IMG/VR virus record: IMGVR_UViG_3300018424_000006
Coordinates: 62,001 to 126,000 of that record
Strand: one strand, 5' to 3'
Length of the DNA: 64,000 bases
Position numbers and translations under genes: made by a program. The notes beneath the pieces are model-generated. The model was given only the letters and a program-made list of their open reading frames with translations, made no database searches and was not told the origin of the DNA. Each line of letters begins with the position of its first letter. The first letter of the stretch is position 1. Shown here in pieces: positions 18,343 through 27,377 of the stretch.

Positions 18343-20439
18343 ATGCGTTCAGAACTATATAAAATCTATCGAGATAGTAATATTTCTCTCGCTAGAAGTA
18401 TTGTTGTAAAATCTGAAGATTCTATTGTCGCTATTAATGATTACTTTAATGCCATGGGCAGGACAGTAGATAGCGATCCGAAGACTTGGAAGTATTACCT
18501 AAACCTAGCAGGTGAGTATCATTGGTCGGATACGCCGATGGAAGTAATATCCTCAGATACTCAGCAGCTTATCCCTTTTACTAAGGAAGTACTGGTCGAT
18601 CACCCCCTTACTCGATTTGAATATCGTAGAGGTGGCTCTGAACGACACCGTATTCTTTCTGCTTATCCTAAGCAAGAGATATTAATAGATAGAATACTTG
18701 ATCCAGTTGATATCGATAAAGCTATTGCTGCAGACAACATGGACATCCTTTTTTGGGATAGTACGCTAGTAGCCTCTAACGAACTTAACCTTATCCCTGA
18801 ATTACAAAGATGGATTAAGCGTTTTAATTTACGTTGGAATGTTACCTCTATGTCCGTAACGGATGGCCTATATCCTTCCGTATTTTTAGCTAATCTTTAT
18901 TTAGCGATGGTGAATGAAATTTCTAACATTCGTATCTCTAATATAAAGACGCCCTATGCCTCTCAATGGCATATATGGACTTACCTATCTGGCCATCTAG
19001 GCTTAGATAAGTATCAAGAATATTTAAGTATTGAGCAGTCATTATGGCTATATCGTAATATCGAATATATTCGTCGTAACGCAGGTAAAGAATATACTCT
19101 GGACTTGCTAGTTGAGAACCTTATTAAGACAACCGGTTTGTCCGCTAATAAGTTCGACATGATGAAGGCCGATGACTTACTTAAAGATTATAACATCATT
19201 AGCATCAAGACAAACAAAAGCGATGTTGACGACGTTAATCCAATAGTCGATCCAGGCTCTTTACTTGATCCATATTTAACTATGGATGCAACTAAGACTA
19301 GGGCTTTGGAAAACGACTCGAATAAAGATATTGATGCTGAGATTTTTGAGAAGGCTGCTTTAGCCAACCCAACAACCATTCGTCAAGTACCAATGTACGA
19401 GATTACTCAGCAATTAAGTGTACTTAGTCGATTTAACAACCACCTTCAACTGCAATCTGACTACTGGATTTATTTATCTGCTATAGGTAGATACACTGGC
19501 TCCTTTACCATCCCTATTCCGGGACAGAATGCAGTAAACCTTTCTCCTAAAGAAGCTTTGATTCTTATGGTTTATTGTAGCAATAAAGCTAACGGATATC
19601 TTCTAACGGATATACCTAAGCTTTTTGTAACTGGAGTAATTCCTGAGACTTATCCAGATAAGTCTGTTATACAAGGCATGCTTGATGAAGAACAGGTGAA
19701 GGTTACCGAAGTGGTTAATGAGTTAACTACGGACTTAGTTAAGCTAAAAACATTGACTAGTCTGTCTAGCTTAATTCAGTTTGTCGACTCTGTTACGGTT
19801 CAGAATCTCAAGCATTATTTTGCCGGAAGGCATGCTCGCGACACTCACGGAAAGAGTATGATCGAATCTGCCAGTCTAGCGCTGCTCGATAAACGAGACT
19901 GCCTATTGGCCCCTGAAGGTACAAAATATGTTGACTGGTTTAATTTCTTAGACTTAGATGTATCGACACTCTCAAACGAAGATTTACTAGAGGTTGTGAT
20001 CAGCTGTCTTAAGACAGTGGGTGGGATAGATGAAACTTCTACTGGTCTTCCTATTCAACAACTGTCGATGTTGGAATTATTAGACTACTTAACCTCTTAT
20101 GGCTTTATAGTCGTAGAAGGTCGAGCGTTTAATGCTAACTCGACTATAGAATGGTTCTTCTCTCAATATTCTAACTTTGACGTAAGTCTAGAATATTACG
20201 GAGCAATTGATCTGGATGCTAATACGCTTGGCAGCTCAGATAATGTTTCTGTTACTATTGAAGATAGCTATTCGGTTGAAATAAATAACAAAGAACTTAA
20301 GAACTCGGGTATCCATGACGAATTCAGAGATATTCAAGTGGGTACTAGCCCTACAAGTTCAATGGAATCCTCCGGTACTACATTTGCTGAAATAAGTAAA
20401 ACGCTTATAACAAATGCGACCGTAACAGTTACTGATTAA
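18343..20439 (+). CDS. Virion structural/baseplate protein (phiKZ gp128-like)
   Basis: DPKTWKYYLNLAGEYH and LWLYRNIEYIRRNAGK motifs; RBS GGGAG; divergent from the portal. Confidence 0.75.
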   Translation: MRSELYKIYRDSNISLARSIVVKSEDSIVAINDYFNAMGRTVDSDPKTWKYYLNLAGEYHWSDTPMEVISSDTQQLIPFTKEVLVDHPLTRFEYRRGGSERHRILSAYPKQEILIDRILDPVDIDKAIAADNMDILFWDSTLVASNELNLIPELQRWIKRFNLRWNVTSMSVTDGLYPSVFLANLYLAMVNEISNIRISNIKTPYASQWHIWTYLSGHLGLDKYQEYLSIEQSLWLYRNIEYIRRNAGKEYTLDLLVENLIKTTGLSANKFDMMKADDLLKDYNIISIKTNKSDVDDVNPIVDPGSLLDPYLTMDATKTRALENDSNKDIDAEIFEKAALANPTTIRQVPMYEITQQLSVLSRFNNHLQLQSDYWIYLSAIGRYTGSFTIPIPGQNAVNLSPKEALILMVYCSNKANGYLLTDIPKLFVTGVIPETYPDKSVIQGMLDEEQVKVTEVVNELTTDLVKLKTLTSLSSLIQFVDSVTVQNLKHYFAGRHARDTHGKSMIESASLALLDKRDCLLAPEGTKYVDWFNFLDLDVSTLSNEDLLEVVISCLKTVGGIDETSTGLPIQQLSMLELLDYLTSYGFIVVEGRAFNANSTIEWFFSQYSNFDVSLEYYGAIDLDANTLGSSDNVSVTIEDSYSVEINNKELKNSGIHDEFRDIQVGTSPTSSMESSGTTFAEISKTLITNATVTVTD

Positions 20440-20456
20440 AAACAAGGTTTATAAAA

Positions 20457-21290
20457 ATGTCTTTTTCTACAGTTAAAACTATGCATCTAGATATGCTGGA
20501 AACCACGCGTTCTATCGAAGGGGCGTTCAGCACAATGCAATATTCGACTTTAAATGAAAAGTTTAATATTGAACAGGATACTGATTTACCACCAGGCGAA
20601 TATCCTAAGATTCGCTATATTGCAATCGGTAATGGCGGGCACCGTAACGTAAGTGGCGGAAACGGCGGCCTTCAGGATATCCTGCAGCATTCTGTAACAG
20701 ACGCTGCCTTATTCAACCACTTACCCTTCATCATGCGCGAAACAAATGACGACCTTACTCCGTCTGAGCGTGAGAAATATCGTCTACGTAAAGTAGAAGT
20801 GCATGGCGGTAAGGAATACTACGTCTATTACCTTCGTAAAGTAACTCTAAGTACAACTACTCCACAGGTAAGTACTATTGATACTGACAATGGTAGTACG
20901 ACTACCCAAGAGTTTACACCGTCTAGTTCTATGCTTTCTCCTACTCCAGTAACTATGGAAAATGGTAAAGTAGTAGAGACTACTGGTAAACATATCTCTG
21001 TGCAGGTTCCGGTTAAGATCGAACTGACTCAGACTGATATTCAAGAAATCATTAATGCAGCCGAGATCATTCATGGCGATAGTCGTTACGCTATCATTTC
21101 CGAGATCTCCATTGTGTCTGCTATTGACTTGACAGTAAACTCTACCCAAGGCGGTAACAATGTAAACTACACTGAGGCCGTCGGGGCACAGTGTTGTAAC
21201 TTCATTGGTGCAAACACCAACCTTAATGCTAGCAACAAGCTTGTAACCCTAAACTATGACTTAGGTACTACACAGCCTCTATTGCTATAA
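20457..21290 (+). CDS. Conserved phiKZ-like virion/baseplate protein (gp139-like)
   Basis: STLNEKF, YIAIGNGGH, HLPFIMR...DL...ER.KYRLR and YAIISEI motifs; precedes RuvC. Confidence 0.7.
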   Translation: MSFSTVKTMHLDMLETTRSIEGAFSTMQYSTLNEKFNIEQDTDLPPGEYPKIRYIAIGNGGHRNVSGGNGGLQDILQHSVTDAALFNHLPFIMRETNDDLTPSEREKYRLRKVEVHGGKEYYVYYLRKVTLSTTTPQVSTIDTDNGSTTTQEFTPSSSMLSPTPVTMENGKVVETTGKHISVQVPVKIELTQTDIQEIINAAEIIHGDSRYAIISEISIVSAIDLTVNSTQGGNNVNYTEAVGAQCCNFIGANTNLNASNKLVTLNYDLGTTQPLLL

Positions 21291-21301
21291 GGTAAGACTC
21301 T

Positions 21302-21856
21302 ATGTCTACTCCAAAGTTCCGGGTCATCTCAATTGACCCGGGATCTAATAATACTGGATTTTCCGTTATTGATTTTGATCCTTCAACCGGATGGAAAGAT
21401 ATAATCTTTTCTGAAACCATTAATCAGAAAGACTCTACCGCTAACCAGAAGGCTCTAATTGAGATTTATGGCGAGAGACCTATTAGAATTAAGCAGGTGA
21501 CGAAATTCCTAGGCGAACTAATTGACACATATGAGCCCGACGTGGTGGTATCAGAAGCTCCTTTTATGGGACGGTTTCCTGCCGCATTTAGGGCTCTGGC
21601 TGAATTAGTTTTTGCATTCAAGGCACTAGTGATTGAGCGTTATTCTCCATTGGAATTTGTAGATGTCGATCCTCCTAGTGTAAAGAAAGCAATGGGAGTG
21701 AATGGTAAAAGCAGTGATAAAGACGACATGACCAATGCTTTGATCAGTCGAGACGATTTATCATATGCAGAGGATATTAATGTGACTGCTCTTGATGAGC
21801 ATGCTGTTGATAGTATCTGTGTAGGTCTATGGTTTATAGGCACTATAAGTAAATAG
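21302..21856 (+). CDS. ruvC: Holliday junction resolvase RuvC
   Basis: ISIDPGS..TG, VVSE, P..VKKAMG..G...K..M and DEHAVDS catalytic motifs. Confidence 0.9.
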   Translation: MSTPKFRVISIDPGSNNTGFSVIDFDPSTGWKDIIFSETINQKDSTANQKALIEIYGERPIRIKQVTKFLGELIDTYEPDVVVSEAPFMGRFPAAFRALAELVFAFKALVIERYSPLEFVDVDPPSVKKAMGVNGKSSDKDDMTNALISRDDLSYAEDINVTALDEHAVDSICVGLWFIGTISK

Positions 21857-21864
21857 GTGTAGAA

Positions 21865-22296
21865 ATGGAACGTGGAAGCTTAACGAGCTATGCCATCTAT
21901 GGCAGTGCCGGAATGGCAGCCGCAGTCAACAAGGGGATTAGGGACGTGAATACCGAAAACACTCCTATAGTCTCCACCGTCGTAGAAGAATCTGCTAAAG
22001 AAGCAATTAATCCTAGGATAGCAAGAATCTTGGAAGAGGCCCCATGGTTGTTTAATAACTTCCCTGAGATGGTTGCTGATGGTTCTTTGAATATAAAGAA
22101 TGGAAGTATTCTTCTCTATGGTGTTGGGCTACTAGATATCTTTTCTTTTATCGTAATTCCTATAACGCTTGGTTTCGCTATTGGTAAGTTTATTATGGAT
22201 CGTAAGAGCTTCAAACTAACCCAAAGGCGGCTGGCGGAAGGGAAGCGACGTGCGGATAAATGTCCGGATTGTGGTAGTGATATTAGTAATATCTAA
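21865..22296 (+). CDS. Single-TM membrane protein with C-terminal CxxC
   Basis: Hydrophobic segment followed by a basic tail and CPDC. Confidence 0.65.
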   Translation: MERGSLTSYAIYGSAGMAAAVNKGIRDVNTENTPIVSTVVEESAKEAINPRIARILEEAPWLFNNFPEMVADGSLNIKNGSILLYGVGLLDIFSFIVIPITLGFAIGKFIMDRKSFKLTQRRLAEGKRRADKCPDCGSDISNI

Positions 22297-22302
22297 ATAA
22301 TA

Positions 22303-22360
22303 AAAAAATAAAGCTATACTCCCTAGGCATTAGCCTAGGGAGTATGGTCTTTTTATGTCG
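22303..22360. terminator. Bidirectional terminator
   Basis: CTATACTCCCCTAGGC-ATTA-GCCTAGGGAGTATGG between convergent genes. Confidence 0.75.
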
Positions 22361-22366
22361 TTTTAC

Positions 22367-22810
22367 TTAAGAACGTAACTCTTGATTTTCCTCTCTCGCT
22401 TTAGTTTTTATTAGTTGCTGTTGACGGAAAGGTAACGATTCTAATTCTTTGGTTTCTTGAAGCTTACCGTCATCATCATAAAAGAAGCCCGTTTCCGTAA
22501 GGAATGGTATTGAGACGACGGGTTCATCTATATTTAAAAATTTAGAGCAAGTGGCAGTATCTACAAGATAGAACTTTCTTCCGTTACTCATCTCTATCTT
22601 TAAGGTCTTGGTCCACATCTTCAACGTACGTTCATAGTTATAGCTACAGATTACAGGTAAAGCTACGATCTCCTGCATGACAATAAAATCGGTATTAATT
22701 TTGATGAACTCGGGAGCCGCTCTATATGTACCCAGTATAACTTCAACTGCAGCGTCACATTCAGCTGGAAGCTCTTCTATAACTAACGGTTTTATTAAAA
22801 TTAAAGGCAT
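22367..22810 (-). CDS. Hypothetical protein
   Basis: 147-aa ORF, RBS AAGGG. Confidence 0.7.
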   Translation of the reverse strand: MPLILIKPLVIEELPAECDAAVEVILGTYRAAPEFIKINTDFIVMQEIVALPVICSYNYERTLKMWTKTLKIEMSNGRKFYLVDTATCSKFLNIDEPVVSIPFLTETGFFYDDDGKLQETKELESLPFRQQQLIKTKAREENQELRS

Positions 22811-22829
22811 TGGTTGGTTCCCTTTTAAT

Positions 22830-22858
22830 CAAAAAAAAATACCCCTGCGAACAGGGGT
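22830..22858 (-). terminator. U-tract terminator
   Basis: ACCCCTG-TTCG-CAGGGGT plus U9 on the minus strand. Confidence 0.75.
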
Positions 22859-22922
22859 TAAAAGCTCCACTATCTTGGGGATAGCAGAATGGATATCCAT
22901 CAGGATACCGGGGAGAAATCGT

Positions 22923-23303
22923 TTATCTTACAGCAGACGCTACTAGGACCAGTAGGAACGTCAATTCTAAATAAGGTAAAATCTTTCTAAGTAAAGGTTC
23001 ATTGTACGTATTTAGCCTTACTGTCGCGCACACCACAACTACTACTAGTAATGCTGCGCTTTCAATGCTATACACTCTGTTCGTGTTATGTACACCCAGT
23101 GCTATAATTATTATTAATACGTTAACAATGAATTGGAAGTACGCGATTAGCGCCTTCTGTATTTCTATTTGTTGTGTGTGACCATAACCGTTATTAGTTA
23201 TGAATATACTGTCTACAACCTCACCCATCGCTTTATAGAGATGTATGAAATTAACCAGTATATATGCAACACCAAGAGCGAGTATTATATTTTGCAAACT
23301 CAT
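22923..23303 (-). CDS. Multi-pass membrane protein
   Basis: Four hydrophobic segments; RBS AGGAG. Confidence 0.7.
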   Translation of the reverse strand: MSLQNIILALGVAYILVNFIHLYKAMGEVVDSIFITNNGYGHTQQIEIQKALIAYFQFIVNVLIIIIALGVHNTNRVYSIESAALLVVVVVCATVRLNTYNEPLLRKILPYLELTFLLVLVASAVR

Positions 23304-23319
23304 TGGTGACTCCTGCTAG

Positions 23320-23841
23320 CTATAGGGCTTGTAGATGACGTTGGTCTAAGCCAACTTCTTGCGACATAATAGATTCTAAGATAGATTCTTTACGTTCATC
23401 GTTTTCATCACTTTCCACTAAAGCCTCTGCTCCGAATTTATCAAGCATGATTAAATTCTTGAAGCTTTCTACTAGAGACTGAACGCGTTCCTCACGGATC
23501 AAACGCAATTGTCCCGTTGCGATGTGTAGATATGTATCAAGTGTTTCAGATAGAGACATAACTACTTCCAGAGGAAATAACTCTTGCTCTGTCGTCTCAT
23601 CATTCTCGATGCACTTTTCTACAATGTCGTCAGATGCTTGAAGTAAGCTATCCTTCAAATAACGACAATGTTCCATTTGGTTTCTCCACTCCTGACTTCC
23701 CGCCGGTGGTGGATTGCGTTTCACTGCTTTCATAAAGTCCGCAGTCTCTACCACTTGCTCTTTAACGCCTCCTACTTTGGCGCTAAGTCCATCGGCGACA
23801 TCATAGATGCCGTCCATTATCTTTCCTATTAGAGCATTCAT
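23320..23841 (-). CDS. Hypothetical helical protein
   Basis: 173-aa ORF, RBS AAGGGG. Confidence 0.7.
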   Translation of the reverse strand: MNALIGKIMDGIYDVADGLSAKVGGVKEQVVETADFMKAVKRNPPPAGSQEWRNQMEHCRYLKDSLLQASDDIVEKCIENDETTEQELFPLEVVMSLSETLDTYLHIATGQLRLIREERVQSLVESFKNLIMLDKFGAEALVESDENDERKESILESIMSQEVGLDQRHLQAL

Positions 23842-23957
23842 CTCTAGGTTTTCCCCTTAATCCGAAGATAAATATATTGAAGTTGATATTTCCATCTCGC
23901 TCTGTTAACTACTCCTGTTAGAGCGAATTTTACCGCTGCCTTCTAGTCTTATTTTTA

Positions 23958-24434
23958 TTAATCGAACAAACGTAAAAGTTCGTCCGTATATGCTCGATGT
24001 AGGGCCACATCTTCATCTGCTGTTTCGACACCACTTATACCATGGCGTACTGCAACATATAGATCCGCATAGTTTTCAACTAAAGCCTTATAATCCGTAA
24101 CGTTACTCTCTCCCAGAGCATTGTTCTTAGTCATAGTGACCGTATTAAGGATTAGTCGAAGTGCTTCTTTCATCAGGTCCGGTGAGCAGAACCTGTCGTT
24201 CATGTATTGTTGTTCAGTTAGGATAGCAGCCAACGTTACCAAACTATCTACACGCCCAGAAGCGATTCGTACTCGGGCTTTGAAAACATGGTTAACCTGA
24301 CGTGGGTCAGTTTCGCGCATTTTTGCAATTGCCGAGTAATCGTCAAAGATTCTGCTCGTAGCGTCTCTTAACTCATACAAGTTAGGATCGTCGTCCAAGA
24401 CAGCCAGAATCTTCTCCTGTAGTTCACTTTTCAT
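23958..24434 (-). CDS. Early hypothetical protein
   Basis: First gene behind promoter 4. Confidence 0.7.
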   Translation of the reverse strand: MKSELQEKILAVLDDDPNLYELRDATSRIFDDYSAIAKMRETDPRQVNHVFKARVRIASGRVDSLVTLAAILTEQQYMNDRFCSPDLMKEALRLILNTVTMTKNNALGESNVTDYKALVENYADLYVAVRHGISGVETADEDVALHRAYTDELLRLFD

Positions 24435-24520
24435 TTTCTTAGTCTCTTGTTCCTCTAATTTCCTTTTAGGTAATCAGACAAGCAAACGATATTAATTATA
24501 TCGTAGCTATCACCATTAAA

Positions 24521-24551
24521 GTAATATAGAATTATTTTATCCTTCAGCACG
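24521..24551 (-). promoter_or_regulatory. Early promoter 4
   Basis: CGTGCTGAAG-N12-CTATATTAC. Confidence 0.75.
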
Positions 24552-24661
24552 TATGGGCCCACAAGATGCGTTTGCACAATACACTCATAGTTTATTAGGT
24601 TTGCTACAAAGTCTTCTTATAGAGCTTTACAGTGCGTTTGAAGGTCTAATACTACACAGGA

Positions 24662-24700
24662 CGGCATAATGTCCCCACCACCTAAGTAGCGGGGACATTA
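24662..24700 (-). terminator. Terminator with TATGCCG tail
   Basis: TAATGTCCCC/GGGGACATTA stem running into GCCG. Confidence 0.7.
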
Positions 24701-24703
24701 ACT

Positions 24704-26251
24704 CTAAAGCATTTCTGCTTTTACAACGTGGATAATAGGACTCAATGCATCGTCAGAATAAACTACTTCTAAACGCTGAGTCTTAGTCAGCACCACTACC
24801 TTGTGGAAACTGTTAACAGGTACGCCAACAATGTCTTTGTACATATCTAGGAAAATACGACGATACTCGTTTTCCCCTAGGAACTTATGAATAGCGCTAA
24901 GTGCATCATAAAGTTCTTGCGTTATTTCAGATTTAACACGACCTACTTCATACAAGCCATCTAAATCTAAATTCGCGACCAGCTCAATTTCTTTAAACTC
25001 AGGAAGAAGGATGCCTTCAGCATCTTCGTCATCTTCTTCAATCTCAGTTACTTCTAGGCATAGAGCTGAACGATAAGTATCGGTGCAAGAAATATTGAAT
25101 AGGTCCAAAAGACTTTCGCCCTTTTCTTCCAAATATTTCATCAATGCAGGCCAGTCATCAACAGCACTATCAATGCTAATGTCAATAGATGGTCGGCGAT
25201 ACTTAAGCGTTTCGTTAATCCAGTTTGTTAAACGGGTTTCCAGTTCGCGAATAAGAATTGGATAGCGTTCTTGAAGCAGTTTATTTTTAATAGTTGCTGC
25301 TACTGAAACGATCCAGTTTGCAAACGAACTATTATCAAAGCGTAGATGCTCAATATCATCTTGCGTAATTGACTCAGGTAGCTGCTTATGAACAACTCCT
25401 AAGGAAACTACGCCTGCTTTTCCGATAGCCGGATTTAGACTACGAAGTACGCCGTATAAACATTCTGCCGAATTGTTAGTGCGTACTTTACTTGAGATCT
25501 CAAAACGATACCGGTCAACATCCATCGTAGCATCAGGAATAACCTTAGCTTCAGTGGCAGTACCGTTTGATTCTTTTAGACGAAGAACTATTTCGTCGTC
25601 TTGGTCAATGTGTTGATTAATGTCCATAAACTCTTTCCCCACGTAAATTTCTTTAAGCTCTTTGTCTTTCAAGACAGGTACTACCTGACCTAGTTTTCGG
25701 TCAAAGCAGATATTGCCTTCAAATCGGAACTTCGGTGCAACGTCAACAGATAAGCTTTTCTTGTTAAAAAGTATCGCCACGCTGTTATTACGATAAAGGG
25801 CTTTGCCGATAATCGTTCCGTAGTTAGGTTCTTGCTTAACTGCGGTCTGTTCGACAATTGGTTGGGTTTGGACTTGGGGTTGAGGCTGTGTATTACGACT
25901 TGCAAGCAAGCGTTCTTCGTAAACCGTCATGTCTTCGCGAGCAGGGCCTTCGGGTTCATTATACCCATATCCTACAGAAGCGGTCATATTCTGCGGACGG
26001 GATTGGGTGATAGGCTGATGCGATGGCTGACTATACATAGGCTGTTGATTCATAGCCTGTGTAGGTCGGGGACGGGGGGCATTTTGATACTGATTCACGG
26101 GTTGCTGGTAGGCCGTTGGCTGGTGCGGTCTCATAGCAGGTTGTGAAGCAGCGTGTGCCATAATGGGGTTTCCGTTTTGGTCTACTGGTAACCATATTTC
26201 GTTGCCAGCGGCATCTAGGAATCTTCCCATTGGTTGCTGAGGTTGATGCAT
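24704..26251 (-). CDS. Protein with Q/P-rich low-complexity N-terminus
   Basis: About 140 N-terminal residues rich in Q/P/Y/M, then a globular region; in the nvRNAP operon. Confidence 0.75.
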   Translation of the reverse strand: MHQPQQPMGRFLDAAGNEIWLPVDQNGNPIMAHAASQPAMRPHQPTAYQQPVNQYQNAPRPRPTQAMNQQPMYSQPSHQPITQSRPQNMTASVGYGYNEPEGPAREDMTVYEERLLASRNTQPQPQVQTQPIVEQTAVKQEPNYGTIIGKALYRNNSVAILFNKKSLSVDVAPKFRFEGNICFDRKLGQVVPVLKDKELKEIYVGKEFMDINQHIDQDDEIVLRLKESNGTATEAKVIPDATMDVDRYRFEISSKVRTNNSAECLYGVLRSLNPAIGKAGVVSLGVVHKQLPESITQDDIEHLRFDNSSFANWIVSVAATIKNKLLQERYPILIRELETRLTNWINETLKYRRPSIDISIDSAVDDWPALMKYLEEKGESLLDLFNISCTDTYRSALCLEVTEIEEDDEDAEGILLPEFKEIELVANLDLDGLYEVGRVKSEITQELYDALSAIHKFLGENEYRRIFLDMYKDIVGVPVNSFHKVVVLTKTQRLEVVYSDDALSPIIHVVKAEML

Positions 26252-26269
26252 AAAGTTTTCTCCCGGAAC

Positions 26270-26803
26270 TTAGATGCGGATGTTATTCAGATACGGATAT
26301 CTTTGAGATACGTACCCAGTATAGAAAGTTGTATTAGGCATACCATATGCTCTACGATAAATATGCAGAACATGGCACGGATCAACATTAAATTTTTCTG
26401 GATTATAGATAATGTCTGTTACCATGTCATTTGTATAATCCGAAGGATACAACTGTCTGGTTGTTTCTAGTGCAATACTGCTATAGACGAACTCTATGAA
26501 AGTCGGACTAGGGCCCGGCTTACTAAAACTATTAACGGCATGGGAAAATACTTTATTTAGTTCTTCCCGTTCCTCAATAGTCGGTTCGACATAAGTAGCT
26601 GGATGACGCACTATTAGATCGACAGGCATAAAGGCCGATTCCTGCTTAGGAATCGGCTTAGATGCTTTTTTGCTGTCGTCAAGCGAAAAGGTTCCAGACT
26701 CTTTTGTAGAGGAACTAAACATTCTAGCTACTCTACGTAATCGATTCTTGATACCTACTTCCCGTCCCATTTCTTTCTGGGAATCTTGTTCGTAATCAGA
26801 CAT
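26270..26803 (-). CDS. Hypothetical protein
   Basis: 177-aa ORF, RBS GAAGGA. Confidence 0.65.
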   Translation of the reverse strand: MSDYEQDSQKEMGREVGIKNRLRRVARMFSSSTKESGTFSLDDSKKASKPIPKQESAFMPVDLIVRHPATYVEPTIEEREELNKVFSHAVNSFSKPGPSPTFIEFVYSSIALETTRQLYPSDYTNDMVTDIIYNPEKFNVDPCHVLHIYRRAYGMPNTTFYTGYVSQRYPYLNNIRI

Positions 26804-26810
26804 ATCCTTC

Positions 26811-27377
26811 TCACAACAATGAAAATTTCTCGGAACCTTTGAACCGCTTTTCTTTTACCTTAGAACGTCGATCTAAGGTAAAATTACGCAAAAAGTTTTT
26901 CTCGGATTCCAACTTACTCTTTTCTTTGGAAGACCCTCTCCTACCAACGTAGTTGCTAGTATGCTCTTTATACTGATGCACATAACTGGTAGCCTGAAAG
27001 CCACCTGCTCGTGATAAATCAGCTCTTAAATCGCCTACTGCACGATCCATAAGTAAGCCAAGTGTAATCATTTTAGAATGATACACAAAACTATGATCGC
27101 TAATCGGGAAGTTTCCGATATCAACTAAATAGGAAAGTATGTCTAGGCTATCTCTCACAAGCGCTATAAAGCCAGAATCGTTCGCAGAAATCAATGGAAT
27201 TTGATCACTATAGATTCCTTCTCTAAACTCATGAAGAGTGCCCAGTACATTGGAAATGCCTTTTATAATACTATCGGCATGTTCCTCAACCGGACCCGGC
27301 AAATTCAGATCCGTTGGAGACCTTCCTGTTTCCAAGCAATGAACAAACTTAATAGCGCTAACATAGCTATTATTCAT
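26811..27377 (-). CDS. Hypothetical protein
   Basis: 188-aa ORF overlapping the end of the RNAP gene; RBS GGAG. Confidence 0.65.
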   Translation of the reverse strand: MNNSYVSAIKFVHCLETGRSPTDLNLPGPVEEHADSIIKGISNVLGTLHEFREGIYSDQIPLISANDSGFIALVRDSLDILSYLVDIGNFPISDHSFVYHSKMITLGLLMDRAVGDLRADLSRAGGFQATSYVHQYKEHTSNYVGRRGSSKEKSKLESEKNFLRNFTLDRRSKVKEKRFKGSEKFSLL

